Below, piece by piece: positions 63,046 through 64,000 of a DNA stretch of 64,000 nt. Under the pieces are notes generated by a model. The model saw only the letters and a list, made by a program, of their open reading frames with translations, was not told the origin of the DNA and ran no database searches. Each line of letters begins with the position of its first letter. The first letter of the stretch is position 1. Position numbers and translations under genes: made by a program. Source of the DNA: Paragordius varius (Eukaryota > Animalia > Nematomorpha); the NCBI GenBank assembly GCA_964247055.1, contig OZ176053.1, positions 6,944,001 to 7,008,000 on the forward strand, in the 5' to 3' direction.

Positions 63046-63438
63046 CAGGGGCGTACCGATGGGGGGGCAAGGGGGTGCATCATGCCCCGGGCGCCGTTAT
63101 TTAGGGGCGCCTAAATGATTTTTTAAAATTAAATTGTAATTTTGCAAAAAAATAAGAACTTTTAAATGAGATTTTTCAGCAATTTATGTAATAATCCCTA
63201 TAATATATACTCTATTATTCACCTAATTAGTACCATTGAATAAATTTAGTATCATATAAATATATATATTTAATAGATTTAAAATATATATGATTGTGCT
63301 GTCTTATCTATGGTGTTTAGGTTACAACGTTTGTATTTTTTTTACTAAATTGTTTTATTGGCTTTTAAAAATAAGGGGGAGGGGGGGCGCCATAAATGTT
63401 TTATGCCCCGGGCGCCGCAAATGCTCGGTACGCCACTG
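63046..63438. mobile_element. hAT MITE, sister of 10397-10831 in opposite orientation
   Basis: TIRs CAGGGGCGTACCG / CGGTACGCCACTG; perfect 8-bp TSD CTGACCCG; empty site visible in copy A near 42998. Confidence 0.93.
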
Positions 63439-64000
63439 CTGACCCGATATCATTGAAGCCGGCAGAAAATTTACGAATCGAATGGGACGAATATATCCCA
63501 GGCCAGATTTGATTCGTAAAACTTCATCGATAACAAAATGTAACATTAAATTTTTTTACGAGTCAAACCTACGTAAAATACAACTTCAAGCTTAACGTAG
63601 AGGGAAAAATGCTCGACGCTTTCATTGCAGGCATGGGAGTCAAAAAATTATTATTAGATTTGTATAGCAGATTCCCCACTCCATGTGGGAAAACGAACCC
63701 TAACCCTAAAACAAGTGAACATTGCTCTCAATTATAAATAGGCACCTCAATTAGCACTAATCGATGGCAACATGTTACGACAACAGCTGGGAAATACCAG
63801 AACAAGTGTCGATTCTGCCGTTTAAGTCATGACTGGAATCACCTCCAACTATACTGTAAGAAAAAAATGATTGCAATGTTTAGAACATCGAATGTGAAGC
63901 CACCCCTAAGATAACATTGATAATTAATTGAAAGCCAATACGCATGATGATGGACACAGTCAAGTGTTTCTTTTTTCGTCCCAATTCAACATTAAATTCG

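Larger units (their letters stand above)
60033..64000 (+). repeat. Segmental duplication, copy B (runs off the window)
   Basis: Colinear with 39349-39685 + 40510-43560. Confidence 0.95.

Overview
A strongly AT-rich animal genomic window in two halves. Bases 1-28.6 kb are a compact block of eight protein-coding genes rebuilt here from GT-AG splice sites: the 3' end of PQBP1 (+), an atypical bHLH factor (-), a BTB-domain protein (-), a 17-exon single-pass cadherin (+), NDOR1 (-), AIMP1 (+), VPS28 (-) and BLOC1S2 (+). Fourteen introns are only 21-29 nt, which suggests a genome-reduced lineage such as a myxozoan or mesozoan (inference). Two gene pairs sit head-to-head with start codons only 12 and 22 nt apart. 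The cadherin's cytoplasmic tail is assembled from eight phase-0 microexons (24-42 nt) encoding Tyr-rich YDAS repeats. Its intron 5 holds a TSD-flanked insertion with an intact minimal hammerhead ribozyme on the antisense strand. Bases 28.6-64 kb contain no recognisable conserved genes: a decayed hAT element, a full-length Ty3/Gypsy LTR element, RTE-type LINE remnants, many MITE/foldback elements, a 117-bp minisatellite, and direct and inverted segmental duplications. These duplications have multiplied an unknown Lys-rich gene whose C-terminus resembles a collapsed INCENP IN-box. All family assignments come from motif recognition by eye; no database search was run.
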